A stretch of 64,000 nt of DNA from Takakia lepidozioides (GCA_030704615.1 CM060731.1:92690001-92754000); one strand, 5' to 3'. Positions 49,701 to 62,942 are shown, counted from the first letter of the stretch. The notes: generated by a model from the sequence alone, not told the origin. Numbers and translations: made by a program.

Positions 49701-50860
49701 GATGGAAACAACAGATGTCAGTTGCTGCCATGTTCAAATTTCCAACTTTCTGAAGTAATGAAATCAACACTTCCGTTGCTGGAGTTATGTGGACATATTT
49801 CAAATGTGACAAGCACCTTGGTGAGAGAACCCCCTTCCCTGCACGTTGCAGGTTGGAGGGAGGGAGTGTAGCTGTGGTGGCGAATTGAAAAGAGGCATCT
49901 GTATAAAGCCTAAGAGGGGCAACGCCGTTCTCTTTTGGAGCATGGTGGGCCTCTCTCCCTCGATTGGTTGCCTCTTCTAATTCCACTTTTATAGGCCCTC
50001 TGGGCCTCCCATGAATGGAAAATCATTTCTTGAATTTCATGCTCTCTCAATGACATGATCTGGGATGTGGAGTCCAAGGATGCATTTCTTATACCACTCC
50101 AGTGGTATCGTCAGCTGATTGCTTGTGAATGTACAAAGTGAAACCATCTGTAGTGCCATAGATTGAGAGAGCTAGGGTTGGTCTAGGTTTATCTTCCGGT
50201 GAAGTTGGATGTCATCCTTTGGACTGTATTCAAAGCAGCTATGGCAATTGTTTTGACATCAAGACGTTGTCATGAAGGAGATCCATCTGACCCCTCTCTG
50301 TCTGTCTGTTTCTATTCTACAGCAGGAATGCTACAGGAAGCATAGTCTTTGGCAAACGCTTTGACTCTTGGCATCAAATTTGGGGTGGATTTCTTTGTCA
50401 CATTGATGCTAACGAAACAAGAGGAAATGTAGAAGGCTATAACAACTGTGTGAGAGGAAATCTAGAGTATGAAGTACTTGTTGAAAAGGAGGTCCTACTT
50501 CCCCATGATGTAGTGGCCCTGTTCTGATCTCCCATTCCCTCCACCCTCTGCTCCCCTTTTCTGAACTGTAATGCAATCTGGCATGGGATGTGAGGCTACA
50601 AGGCTATGCAAGCAATGTAATGAGCACTTATCTTCTCTGCTCTGTGAATCTGAGCTCTAGTCTTGCTCTACATGGCAGGAGTTACTTTCATTTTCAAAAA
50701 CAGATCTTCAGGTTGTTCAGTGTACTGTACTGTGGATGGTGGGGAGTTGCAGAAGCTGGATGGTTCATCAGATGACATGAGCCTGCATGGTGGGTGCCCA
50801 GTGCAAGGGGGAGAAAAGTGGTCGTCTACTAAATGGATGAGACAGCATTCCTTTGACTGA
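43712..50860 (+). CDS. P4H1: Prolyl 4-hydroxylase 1-type (2OG-Fe(II) dioxygenase), 12 exons
   Basis: LLAFVTFGMAVG|ALLQLAFLKRFEE; VKQEIISWHPRIIIFHNFLSAE|ECDHLI...STVVDAQTGK|GIESKVRTSSGMFL; ENGELLQILR|YEPDQYYRTHHDYF; GGQRVATMLMYL..V.EGGETIFP; G.AVLFWSM; SLHGGCPVQGGEKWSSTKWMRQ. Confidence 0.95.
46424..46915 (+). mobile_element. Three tandem 3'-end fragments of the 27780-29458 LINE family, each followed by TC-rich tails (P4H intron 7)
   Basis: Homology to 29193-29458 (AACTTTGAAAGTCTCGAGGCTGAGCCAAAAGCC...ATGGCCACAAGGCTACGGCAAAC..TCTTATGAGTACA). Confidence 0.9.
48220..48478 (+). mobile_element. Fourth 3'-end fragment of the same LINE family
   Basis: CAACTTT..GAGGCTGAGCCTAAAGCCC...TCTTATGAGTACATTCTCTCT. 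Confidence 0.88.
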
Positions 50861-53800
50861 TCCTCAATGATGCTGTATCTTGGCCCCTCTGAGCACTTCC
50901 GCTATAACACAACAATGGGGCCATAAGCCCTGCATGAAACAAACCTTCCTCACGCTTGTAGGGCTGATTGCTCACCAGGTTATTAAGCTCCATCTGAGAT
51001 CTGCATCATACTAAAAGTAAGTATAATACCAGTAAAAATACTTGAGATGGTTAGACAGGAGACGGGATGTAGGGTTTTTTTGGCCATGCAATTGACAACC
51101 TTTACACTGGTGTAATGCAACCTTTTGATTGTTCCTTGATTATTACACTAAAAAATAATTAATTTCAGAACCGTGTTCTGTGTAGGTTTCATCGTTTCAT
51201 CATTGTATGCCAAGAAAAGTCCACGTAGTGGCATATCAAAGCTGCTCATAACAAATGGTGATTCACTCCTGCAGCAATCAAAGTACCTACAGGCGATTTA
51301 ACCTTAACCCCTAAAGGACATAGCGACCCAAACTTGTTGGTCGGTTAGGCTTAGGCTTAGAAAAGTGTCACTGGGGTTAAGCCTGATTTGGGTATGTTTA
51401 GGGCCTGGCCGCACAGGGCAGCACAGACCCGTACCAAGTTTACTATCGGACGAATCTAGAGGTAGAGGGGAGGGTAGAGGGCAGACCACGTGCAGGAGGC
51501 GGGTCCCCCGCAATGGCCGCACAGGCCAGCACGTAACGGGATATCATAAAATTTCATCCCACGTTTCATTCTACTTTTACATCCATGGGAACTTTTCTGG
51601 GAACTAATCGCGAACTTTTATGCGAACTGATCGCGGCGGTTGCTACGATGAGAACCGAGCATGTCTGAAGGAAGGGAGAAGGAAGGAGCTCCGTGGAAGG
51701 AGCTGGGCAATCAACATCGAACTTTGGGGGGGGCAGCAAAGAATGGAAGAGGTGTTGCGGGACACCTCTCTTTTGGGTAAGCATTGCATAGATTGAGCAG
51801 AGAACTTGTCTCATTCATTACTGCTTAAAGGATGTGAATGTTAGTACTGTGTGCGTTCTTCCAGGACCTTGAAGCACTTGAAGCTCTCTTACCGGTGGTT
51901 TTTATGTGATCAATTTGTACTCCTTTGGGTTCTTCTTCACACTCATGTAGGTATGTTTGCACAGTATGAGTAGTACTTATGCGATTTATGTTTCAACCAA
52001 GCATTTTTCTTTAAAAGCTAGGACCCTGAGCATTTGCCTCTAGCAACCATATGTGGAAGAAACAAGGCACAGGGCCCACAAGTTTCATTCAGAAAGAGAT
52101 GTTGGAGGCATTGGTGGTAAGGACTTCAAGTGCCTCTAGTGCTGCACTCTCTGTCTGGCTTTGTTGTAGAATAAGTATGACCCCCACAACTTGCTGGCCT
52201 CATTACAATCCAGAGCAAGCCAGAAAGCAGACAAAGGTTGTTGACATCCCAGTGAGTATTTTTCCCACCCAAATTCATATGCAAGACTCATGCCCCACAA
52301 CCATGCTGTAATTGTTTCTTACCCTGATTGCCGTATGGTATTGAGCACTAATGTGCAGTGGAGTTCATGATCTGGAGTGAGCTTGTCCATCCCCTGTATC
52401 TGGAGACGGCAGTCCTAAGCAATAGAACCAATAGGATAGCCATGTAACTGCAGTTGAATTGTTGTTCAATTTCCATTGTCTTTTGTTGAAGATGTCTGCT
52501 GGTGAGAAGTCAGAAAAATTGTTGTCAACTTCAAGGACATTAAAATATGGCAATGAATGTTTGCCCTCTCATATTAGGGCCCGCAAGGATGTGACACCCT
52601 ACATAGGCTTGGGGAGATAGAACCTTTCGAGACGCTCTGTTATTGAACCACTTTTCTTTCTTCTTTTTATCCAGTCTTATTCAAATGTGAGGAGAGAGAT
52701 GCAAGAGATTTGGAATCAGGTGCATGCACCGACTTCAGGGCAGTAGTAGCAATATATCTTATCTTATTCAGGCAGTCTGCATTGAAGGGGCCAATGAAGA
52801 GTGTTGTCTCTACGGCATGAATGAAATCTGTGCACAAGAGAATCCCTATGGTAGGAAGACAATCGAAGCCTAGGATGATTCCAATAAGATCGTTCCCATC
52901 CCATCCCCCCTCACCCAAGAATAGCCTCGAGGGTGGGCTTTCTGCTGAGCAGCCCCTCAACATGCTACAGACTTGATATTTTTTGATACTTTTGATTTTC
53001 TGATTGTCACAGGATAGAAGATTATTGGCATGGCTACAAACACTTTTGCTATGGGTACTACTCAATGGACCTAGTGGAGAAGGCCATATTCCGAGAAACA
53101 AAACTAGGTGTGTTTACACCAGCCTTCATTTATGCCATCTGTCTTGTCCTAAGGTGCTATTGGTGGAAACTAATCAATTTCATTGTGTGCAGGCAGGATA
53201 ATGTGCAATTACATTGACAACACCCCGGTGATGTCTAGACAAAGGATGAAGCACATTGTGCACGAACTGCTGCCAAGAGTCAAGATGTATTTGGAAGAGG
53301 AGTTGGGAGAGAATCCCTATGATTTGTGGTACTCTCAACTAGCTCAGCTTTCAGCATAAAGTGTGGCAATGTAATGTGCAACTTCAATGACTCAATTGTA
53401 GAGTGCACCTGCAGCCTCGACTGGTACCTTTACATGAGATTCGAATCCCAGATCCGTTTGCTGAGTTGAGAGAACGACTGTCATCTGCTGGCCAACGCTT
53501 GCATACTTTACGACATCAAGTAAGCAAAATAGAAGAGAAATGTTGAATAGTTCTGAACCAGTAACATAGTTTTTCCACGGGAGTTGGCCTCGTTTTTCTT
53601 TGGGCAGAGGATGTACTGCTCAGTGTTTTATAATTATGCAAACATTTCAGGCCCCCATTCAACCATAGCTGTCCATGAATGTGAGACTGTTGACAGTCTC
53701 ACTGTTGTTTGGTGTGTTACTCCATCTGTACATATTCGTGTGGGATTCCTAGAGATTGCTTAGCAAGTGTGTAGGTGTATAGTTACTGCTCTTTTCAGCC

Positions 53801-55609
53801 CAACTGGCATTTGGTTTGGTGCTCTGGTTTGTGGGTTGAAGAGTGAAGTAAAGTACAACAAGTTTATCCTCGTCAAACAATGGTTCAAATGTTCGATGGC
53901 CAGCTTGTAGCTTGTCACTATGGAAGGATTTGATCCTGTGTGTGATGGGGTGAGAAGAGCTAAGAACCAGGCTGTGGCTTTGATGCATCTGAACTTGCTG
54001 CCCACAGCTCGGGAGAAATAAGTGAGAGTAGAGAGATTTGAGCAGCAAACATAGACAGGAGCTGGTTAACATTGTTAAATTTGGTTGTAACATAACATGA
54101 CGATAAGGGCTCCTAGGTGAGGCCTGCGATCACATAGAAGTGTCTAGACAATGCTCAATTCAGCCGCATGAAGTTGCTTGGAAGTAGTAGACAGCCATGA
54201 TCACCAGGTGGAAGTTAACTGCTGAATATCCTAGGCTATATATGTGAATATCCTAGGCTATGTGAGGTTAGCAAGTTGTCTATGAGCTTGCAATCATCTG
54301 AACCAGAGATAGAGTCCCCTGAAACCCCAACCAGTCAACTAAGTGCCCCTAGGATGAGTGTCTTGAAAGTCTACAGGCCCGATGCGAAAGCTTACTTGTC
54401 CAATTTGAGAAAATTAAACAAAACACTTCTCAATCAGCAAAAAACTTGCCAGCACAGGAGGATGACAAATTGTACAGGAGCCCACCATCACTAATAGAGC
54501 TGAGTGAGGGTACTCAGAGCTCCTCACAAGAAGAAAGAAATTTCACACAGATCATAGAACCTTCGAGTGGCAGAATGACACTGCACTATCTGACAAACGT
54601 ACCCCACACCATTAGATGGCAGATTCCATCAGAGCTTAGAGAGGGAAGCAGCCTGTTGCTTGCTCTCCACTGAAGATCCTTCCCAAGAAGACATTTTAAG
54701 AGACCGAGTAAAAGTACCCATCCAAAGATGATGTGGGGTTGTCAAGTCGCCTGCATAGCCACAAAGGGAAGAGTGGGTCTACTGAGAGCACCTACACTCT
54801 CCCAAGGGCCAACCATCCCCAGAAGTCCAATATTTTCCCCTTGAATGAGAGGGACAATTCTCAACATAGAAAGTTCCCTAATGGCCCCTATACTGAGGGA
54901 CAAAACACTTCCTCACACCACAGTTGTGTTCAAGGTAAGTCCCACATTGGGAGACATGACCATGTGAAAAGAGAGACCTCTGTTGAGTGGTCTCATGTGT
55001 TGAGGAGCAACAATGGTATCTCAAAAAGCAGATCCCCTTGCGTTTGCGATGGGTCCTTTGGTGTCGCCCTCCCTGGTCATATGGTCCACCAATCTCACAG
55101 TGCTGACTCTGATTTTGGCAATGCTAAGCTCTTTCATGGTCCTGATGTATCTAAAAGAAGGGACGGGCTAGTGCAGCTGTATGATCACTCGCAAAATGTC
55201 CATTGACAAAAATACAGCTTGATACAATGATAGAATTAATCATACTGCTGGAGATTTTGTCCACTGTATTTTGTGTCCATCACTGTCTTTCCTTCAAAAC
55301 ATGTAGCAGTGCCTAGTTTCAAAATTGTGTACAGCACTATTATTGTGGCATGACATGTTACTGTGCCAACTACATAAGGCCAGCTTTGCACTCACTAGTC
55401 TACTGAAGCACAAAGAATTCTAAAAGCCGAGCTTCCATGTAGTAAAGTACTTTCCTACATACAGGCACAAAATACGGAGGAACCCACGGAGGACAATCGT
55501 TCGGAGTCGGACAGGTCACCTCGTGCATTGTATGGGTGTGAAGCTTCCCAAATTGGTGCCTGGCCTGAGAAGCCTTCTACACCGACGTTGATGTTGCCCT
55601 CGAATCCAC

Positions 55610-55880
55610 CCGAGCCTCCACGACCAACGTTGGCGCCTCCCTGGAACCCACCTGAACCTGCAGGCCCAACGTTCCCAGCACCTTGGTATCCTCCTGAGCC
55701 GCCTCCCTGGAACCCGCCTGAACCTGCAGGCCCAGCGTTCCCAGCACCTTGGCATCCTCCTGAGCCGCCTCCCTGGAACCCGCCTGAACCTGCAGGCCCA
55801 ACGTTCCCAGCACCTTGGCAGCCTCCTGAGCCTCCAAGACCTGCATTCACACCACCCTGGAACCCACCGAACCCCGACCC
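55610..55880. repeat. 66-bp tandem repeat, ~3.5 copies (Gly-rich on - strand, Pro-rich on + strand)
   Basis: CCTCCCTGGAACCC(A/G)CCTGAACCTGCAGGCCCA(A/G)CGTTCCCAGCACCTTGG(T/C)A(T/G)CCTCCTGAGCCG at ~55636, 55702 and 55768. Confidence 0.92.
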
Positions 55881-55976
55881 ACCAGCTGAAGAGGAGGCCC
55901 CATTTGCCACCAACAAGGCCCCTGCCCACAGTCATGCACAATTACAGACATGAGCAACCTTTATTCAAATTCATAA

Positions 55977-56860
55977 TGTCCATGCTCCTCTCGAGTTTGC
56001 AGCTTGTTATGTGTGCAACAAACATGATTCTCATCTACTCAGACCATGCCAAAGACCATGTGAAGAAAAGCTGGAAGAGGAAAAGACAGTCATACGAGGC
56101 TCACGAATTATCAAGCAGAGATGTGTTGCTGAAGTGGGATGAAGCTCTTGACATGGAGCCACTTCCACACGTTAAAACCATACTTGACATTATCCTGTGG
56201 CAGGCAGAAACCCTCTCAAGCAGGTGGTATGTCAAACCTCGCTCGTTATGCTGGTTCGACCATTTCCTTTTCGACATTTACACCCCCGACCAGTGGTATG
56301 AAATCCTTCGTATGCGCAAACGTACCTTTTACCGACTCTGCAATGACCTTCGCCCTTTCATAAGGGGACAACCTACAAATTGGAGGCAGCCTATCTCGGT
56401 CGAGAAGAAAGTCACTGTCACGCAGTACAAACTCATGCATGGGCATACAAATGCGTTGGTTGCTGACAAGGCTGAGATTGGCAAGGCCACCGTCTACGAC
56501 ATATTGAGGGAGGTTGTGCCAGCAATATGTTCGACGCTGGGACACCTCATTAGCTGGCCCCATGGTGCACGCTTACACAAATAAACTCGTGACTTCGAGA
56601 AAAAACAGTGGCTCCCTAACTGTATAGGAGCCATCGATGGCAGTCACCTTATTGTCAAGGCTCCCAGCAACACAAGGGTCGCAGCGGACCATAGGAATAG
56701 AATGAAATCTTTCTCTATTCTTCTACAGGGGGTGGTGGACAGCAACTGCTACTTCACCTCAGTAAATACTGGAGTCCCGGGCTCCATCCATGATTCTTAT
56801 CATTTCAAGTGCAGTGAGCTATACAGGAAGACTGAGCAGGGCATCATGGGAGGCTTCAAT
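55977..56860 (+). pseudogene. Harbinger DDE transposase, with an in-frame stop (56582) and C-terminal truncation
   Basis: W.EILRMRKRTFYRLC...ISVEKKV....YKLMHG...PNCIGAIDGSHL...NRMKSFSILLQGVVD...GVPGSIHDSYHF. The sequence runs into the TIR before the GDxxY...E region. Confidence 0.9.
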
Positions 56861-57468
56861 CTCTGCGGCCCCGTTAAGCGGGAAGTGGGGGTTAGCTGGC
56901 CGATTCAGGCTCGCAACCCCCCTGTGCGGCCAGGCCTTTAGGCTCATTGGATAGGTAATCGCATCAGCTATGAGGTTGCATTTCCTAATTCATCATTGGG
57001 CCTGGCCCCAGCCACGTGGAACACCTAGAGTCTGCCACACTCGTGGTTTTCAGCCCCATTTTAGGCAGCTAACCTGCCCTCCATCCTACGTGTCAACTAG
57101 GGTCAGGTTAGGAGAAATTCCAGGCACCCCTGGGTCGATTGTGCCTCCTCTCTCCCCTGTGTCACGTGTGTCAGTCTGCTGTCCCCACCTACCTGCGCTG
57201 TGGCGGTTCGTAAATAATGGGCCGAACACGGTGCTGGACGGTGAGGGTCGTTGCGCTTGAGGGAGAGAGGAGGTAGGTCGGCTACCCGGAGACAGTGTGT
57301 AAGAACACAAGTTTGGATTTTCTTCCTGTTTCCGTTCTTGCTTCCTTGAGATACCGTTTGGATGTGCCCGGCCGTAGAGAGTGGGTACAGCTGAGTGGTT
57401 ACGTGTCTAGAAGAATTGGCTGTTTTCTTGGCTGTGTTCATAACGTTTGCAAATTGAGCTATCCACTC

Positions 57469-60400
57469 ATGGCCTATAGAGATGGGCATCTTGAAGGTCC
57501 CGACGAGTCCGAGGTTTCCGCATCAGCGAGTCCTCGTCAAAATGAGCAGTACAGACACAATGCTCCACCAGTCAGCGCAAGGATGTTGGACACTCGCAAT
57601 GGGGAGCCACGAGAACAGGGTGAGATAGCTGGGAATTACATGGCAGGGCACCCCTCGTTGACGACCTGGAATCCACCTCTTGCGCACTCTTTCCCAGCAG
57701 CACAGATGGAGGCACTCACCTCTATTTGTGATACTTTGGTTCCGTCGATTGAGCCGCGAGAACCTGAGGTTTCAAGAGGAAGCACTGTGGAGGATACTTT
57801 CTACCGATTGTCTCTGAGTCAGGGGTTCCTGCAATCGTAAGCTTTGCGTGCATCCTTATTTCAAACGTTTTGTTGGTTGTATCATGCTCGTCAGCTCAAT
57901 CACCTCGCCTACATCCATAGAGCCAATGCTGCATGTTGCGAGCAACCCTCTTATCAGAATTTACCGCTGGGTCCAGTTTGAGGTAATTTGGAGATGGGTG
58001 GCAAGCCAGGAAGCCATACTGGAGGTGGGCATAGCTACCACTGTAGGTGGTACTGAGTTGTTTGATTTTATTCCTTCCTTACCTTCATATGTCACAATTT
58101 ACGAACTCTGTCAGCAGTGACTGTTCAAGCTGGAAAATTTTGTATTCACACGTTTATCAGCAGATGAGGCTGAGCCTTTTAGTTGGATGGTTAAATATCC
58201 TCACCAGCAATGAGTAATCTACAGGTGCTTGAAGTTGCGTTCTTTTTGTCCTCCCTCCTTATCTCATACAGTTTATATGCCACTTTCTTTCCCTTCACAC
58301 TGAAGCCTGCTTCCTTATGACGAACTGGCAGGTCGCAGGTTATCTCCAACGTTCTTAAGCCCCCAGTGCTCAGAGTTATCGGTGTGCTCCTGTGGCTTCT
58401 CTCTACACGACTGGGAACCTTTCTCTTGAGGGGGAGAGCCAGTGTAAGCAGAAAGTTTCCCTTCTTCCACAAATATTTTCAACTCCCCAGAAAACAACAA
58501 GAGAAGGTCTTGCAAAGCGTTCCGAACCATGAAGTCAAGGGTTCGCTCAGCGGTAGAGCGCCTCGATTCCACCTTTTTCCTTACGTAAGATTCTACTTCC
58601 AGTTTCCGGTCGGGCTGGTTCTATGGTGGTCACAGAGTTCTTTATCGGCAATCCGCGCATTGTTCAAGGTCTTCAAATCCATCACACTTTGGGCCTTCTA
58701 CTGCAAGGTATTTTATCGCCCTAGAGGCAGTTCTGGCTCAGAATGTGACAGGCACAATAGATTCACCAATCTATTATGCAAGCAGATTACTGGCAGCAGC
58801 TTACTGACAGCAGCTGAGAAGAATTATAGCACCACGGAAAGGGAGGCATTGGCAATGATTTATGCTGTTCAGCCCACCTTGTTCTGCTTGGGTCCATATC
58901 TCAATGTTAAATGACACTCTTCCGGTTTACATTGTTGAGGAAGTAATCTGAGTTCATCGTTCCACTGATGATTAACCACAGATGTTGGCTGAGGGGACAA
59001 ACTTTGGACCTGTCTTCCTCCAAGCTGATAAGTTGGGTGTACAGGTCGATGCAAATGGGTCCAATCAAACTTGGAAGGATATTGGCTATTGCCCTGATCC
59101 CAAAGTGGCTTCCTGTGCGATAGGCTCAGACCTCAGCAAAATTACGTCCCGTAAACCTCTCACACATAGATTGATTGATGTTAATGCTGCACAAGAGAGC
59201 CTTAGCACAGTTCTAGCTAATGCTGGGTGTTCTGTATTGGGAGATATAAGTCATCTAAAAAGCCTAGCAGATAAACAATGTCAAGGTTCAGTGACAGGGA
59301 AAGACATAGGCATAAGGTGTGATGTGGTAGTTGTGGGGTCGGGATCTGGCGGTGGAGTAGTGGCAGCTGTTCTTGCCAAGGCAGGCTACAAAGTAGTGAT
59401 CCTAGAAAAGGGGCAGTATTTTGCACAGGAGGACATCACAACTTTGGAAGGACCTTCTATGATTTCCTTGTATGAGAAATTTGGGGCTCTCGCAACAGAT
59501 GATGCGGGTGTCTCTCTTGTTACAGCAACAACAGTGGGTGGTGGGTCTGCTGTGAATTGGTCTGTCTGCTTCCAGACTCCACAAAATGTGTTAAAGGAGT
59601 GGGTTGAAATTTTTGGGCTCAATCTCTTTGCAAGCAAGAAATATGAAGATGCAATGGAAACAGTGTGGCAACGTCTTTCTGTGCAGCCTGCAGTCAGCAA
59701 GGAGAATCTTCAAAACTCAGTACTCAGGGAAGGGTCCAAGAAACTAGGATTTGATGTGGGTACTTTGGCTCGCAATGCTAGCCCTGACCACTACTGCGGA
59801 TGGTGTAGCTATGGGTGCCGGACAGGTGAGAAACAGTCGACCTCTGAGACATGGCTGGTGGATGCCATCACCACAAACAATGCAGTTATTCTCTCAGACT
59901 GTACAGCTGAAGCAGTTTTGCTTTGGCCAAACATGGGGCAGAGGCCAAGGCAGGCACGAGGAGTGGTGGCTGGAGTTGGCAAAGGGCCTAACCGCATTTT
60001 TATAGAGGCTTGTGCTACTGTAGTGGCTTGTGGGTCCCTTATGACCCCTCCTCTCCTCCTGAATAGTGGACTAACCAATCCAAACATTGGAGAGTATCTA
60101 CACCTTCATCCTACACATGGAGTTTGGGGTTACTTTCCAGACGGTTCTGGCCCCAAAGGGACATGGTATGAAGGGGGTATCATGACTGCATATTCTCCTG
60201 TGGCCACCAGGAGCTCAGTAGTTATGGAGGTATCCTGGAGACGTTATGCCTGCATCCTGGAGTTTTTGGGGCATTTGTACCTTGGCGCTCAGGTAATGTA
60301 CTGCAGACTCTCGTTAAAGGCTTGGGTAGATCAGACAACTTGTGTGAAATTTCTGGGGGAATTTCACACTGCCAAACTCAGACACGTTTTTTGTCGCCAG

Positions 60401-61585
60401 GTGATTGCAGATGCAATGCTATCTAGTGTTAATTCAGTAGAACATGTACTGGATCTGCTTCCTTCAAGCCCTCAAAGGCTTGGTGAGGCTATGCTTTGCT
60501 GTTGATCTTCAACCTCTTGAATGTAATGCAGGTGTGGACTTCAAAGATCGGATGACTCGATATTCTCGGACTGCTCACTTAGGTGTTCTAACAAGGGACA
60601 AAGGAAGTGGGAAAGTGGGGGTGGACTTCAATGGGGAGCCCACATATGATTACAAACTATCTGCTCATGATGAGGAGACAATGTTAGCAGGTGTAGAGCA
60701 AGGACTTCGAGTGCTGATTGCTGCAGGCGCCACAGAGATTGGCACCCACCAGTGTGATGGAGAGCGCTTTCAGGTTGAAGGTATTAATGCCTGTGTAAAG
60801 GAGGAGACCATCTAGTGATGCAACCTGAGACTAAGTTTCCAGTGGAAACAGTCACAGCCAGAAATCCTCTTAGTTATTTCCCAGGCTTTAAAGCTGAGGT
60901 TACTGAATTGAAGCTTCTTCTGTATAGTACAAAACACAGCAAGGGCTCTGAAAACAATCAACTCTAGTGGCAGGAACTCTAGGTGGACCTTTGGCTGCTT
61001 CCCTGGGGTGTACTGAGTTTTACACCATTCACAGGTGGAAATTGTAGCAGGCTGAGCTGCCATGTTTGTACTCTGCCCAGTGTGGTTGCTGTAGAAACCA
61101 TGTCATTTCATTGCTGGTCGTCCCATTAGTGCATGCATAGTGTAGGAATTTCCATGACCTGTAATTGCTGTAGAACATAATATCTCTAATGCGAGGGACC
61201 AGTAATTACAATATATGTGTATAATGTGCAGTAGACTCAATAATGACAATGAGAAATGAATGGATATTGTATAACATTTTCATCTGTGTTTACAGGAGCC
61301 TCTGTCAAAGAGATTGAGGCTTACATGGCAAGGGTCCACAGCAGGGGGATGAAGATGCTGAAAATGACACTGGCATCAGCTCACCAAATGGGAAGTTGCC
61401 GTATGGGTGGAGATCCCAAAACTTCAGGTGTTGATCACCATGGTGAGACCTGGGAAGTGGAGGGTTTGTTTTTGGGAGATGCTAGTGTGCTCCCGACTGC
61501 TTCTGGGGTGAACCCAATGGTGACTATACAGGCCATTGCCTACTGCACAGCACAGTCTGTGCTCCAATATATGAGAGAGCTGTGA
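57469..61585 (+). pseudogene. FAO: Long-chain fatty alcohol oxidase (GMC oxidoreductase, FAO family), 5 exons; frameshift and exon insertion
   Basis: GHPSL...HSFPAAQMEALTSICDTLVP; LWLLSTRLGT...FPF; CDVVVVGSGSGGGV; TVGGGSAVNWS; CGWCSYGC; LHLHP; [11 protein letters not shown]; [19 protein letters not shown]. 1-nt frameshift at ~60203. The start codon is uncertain (57469 or 57583). Confidence 0.9.
58800..58870 (+). mobile_element. Short Gypsy RNase H fragment inside FAO intron 2
   Basis: LTAAEKNYSTTEREALAMIYAV. Confidence 0.85.
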
Positions 61586-62089
61586 AGTCCATGCAAGAGT
61601 GTATCTCCATGGCAGTTCTAATTTATGTAAATCCTCTCCTTGTTAAAATTAAGTAATATCACCTCATCATTAAGACTGAGGAGATCTGGCATCATGGGAA
61701 CGAAAGGAAAGCTAATTACCAAATGTATTCCAAGAGTTTTGGAGATGACAGCAGTTCTATTGCCAGGCTGTTTTCTGCCTTCCTCATAAGATGGCAAGAA
61801 AGGGAAGGCTTGATAATTTATCGTGGAGGTTTGTATTTTCAGTATGAACTGATTCTCAATAGAGAAGGAACCCTGCCATAGTGCTATACCCTGCTGCGTA
61901 GGACTCTTTTAAGTACCATTCACACCACATGCTATGTTAGGTTAACACAGGATGTCAATCTATCTGTTTTTCACACTTCACCACGACACAGGATGGGAGT
62001 TTAACGCATGTGTGCCAGGGTGTGGGCCCCGCTAACCGGAGCTTACAGTACAGCCCTCCGGTGGCCTGCAAGAGCATTCATGTCAAATC

Positions 62090-62895
62090 CCCACCCCCTC
62101 CACAAGCTGCCCGCCCTGCCACCCCGCCCAGCTTGGGCCGGACCCTGCCCCTCGTTCCCCTGTCTTGCTCCCTCACTCTCTGTTGCTCCTTTGTTTCACT
62201 CCCTTGGGTCAATCCCCCGTGCTTCGCTCCCCTGCTGCTCCTCTCTCGCTCCCCCGCACGGTGTTCCTTTGTTTCGCTCCCCCCCTTCCTCAACTCCCCT
62301 ATCTCGCTCCCCCGCACTCTGCTCCTTGGTTTCACTCCCCCGTTGTTACGCACCCCTTTCTCGCTACCCCGTGCTCTGCTATGTGGTTTCACTCCCCGTT
62401 GCTATGCTCCCCTCTCTCGTTCCCCGTTCTCGTGCTCCCATGTTTTGCTCCCATGCGTTCTGCTCCCTTGTTCCACTCCCTAGCTTCTACGCTCCTCGGC
62501 GCTCTGCTCCCCTATTTCGCACCCCCCTTTCTCTGTTGCTACGCTCTCCTCTATCGCTCCCTAGCACTCTACTCCCCCACTGCTCCACTCCCCTCTCTCC
62601 CCCGCTCTCTGTTCCCCATTCCTCCGCTCCCCTCTTTCACTCCCCCATTCCTTTGCTCCCCTCCACTGTCTCGTTCCCTCCATTCTCTCACTTTCTCACC
62701 GCACGACCAGAAAGCATTCCTTACAGGGACCACAAAGTTCACCTTATTCAGATATGAAAGGCCCCGTTACAATTTTCACAGTGGCACGACTTCCTAGCTG
62801 AAATTCGCGTTGTCACTGATTTGAGTGATCTTCTTGTCTCCACTCGACCGCTCCTACGCTCCCTGTTTCACTCCCCCGTTCCTATGCTCCCCTCT
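62090..62895. repeat. C/T-rich degenerate array of (G/A)CTCCCC-type motifs
   Basis: Dozens of CGCTCCCC, TGCTCCC and TCACTCCCC units with strong strand asymmetry. Confidence 0.85.
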
Positions 62896-62942
62896 GTAAA
62901 TATAGACATCTTCTTTGTAATGATCACATTTTGTATGTGCAA

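Larger units (their letters stand above)
51401..56937. mobile_element. PIF/Harbinger DNA transposon, 5.5 kb
   Basis: TTA TSD at 51398-51400 and 56938-56940. 18-bp TIRs (G/A)GGCCTGGCCGCACAGGG. A second GGCCGCACAGG lies subterminally at ~51515. Confidence 0.92.

Noticed and set aside
54276-55206. Possible gag/protease relic inside the Harbinger element
   Set aside because: Motifs are too degenerate to support a call.
62008-62797. Long Pro/Ser/Leu-rich ORFs
   Set aside because: By-products of a C/T-rich repeat that lacks stop codons.
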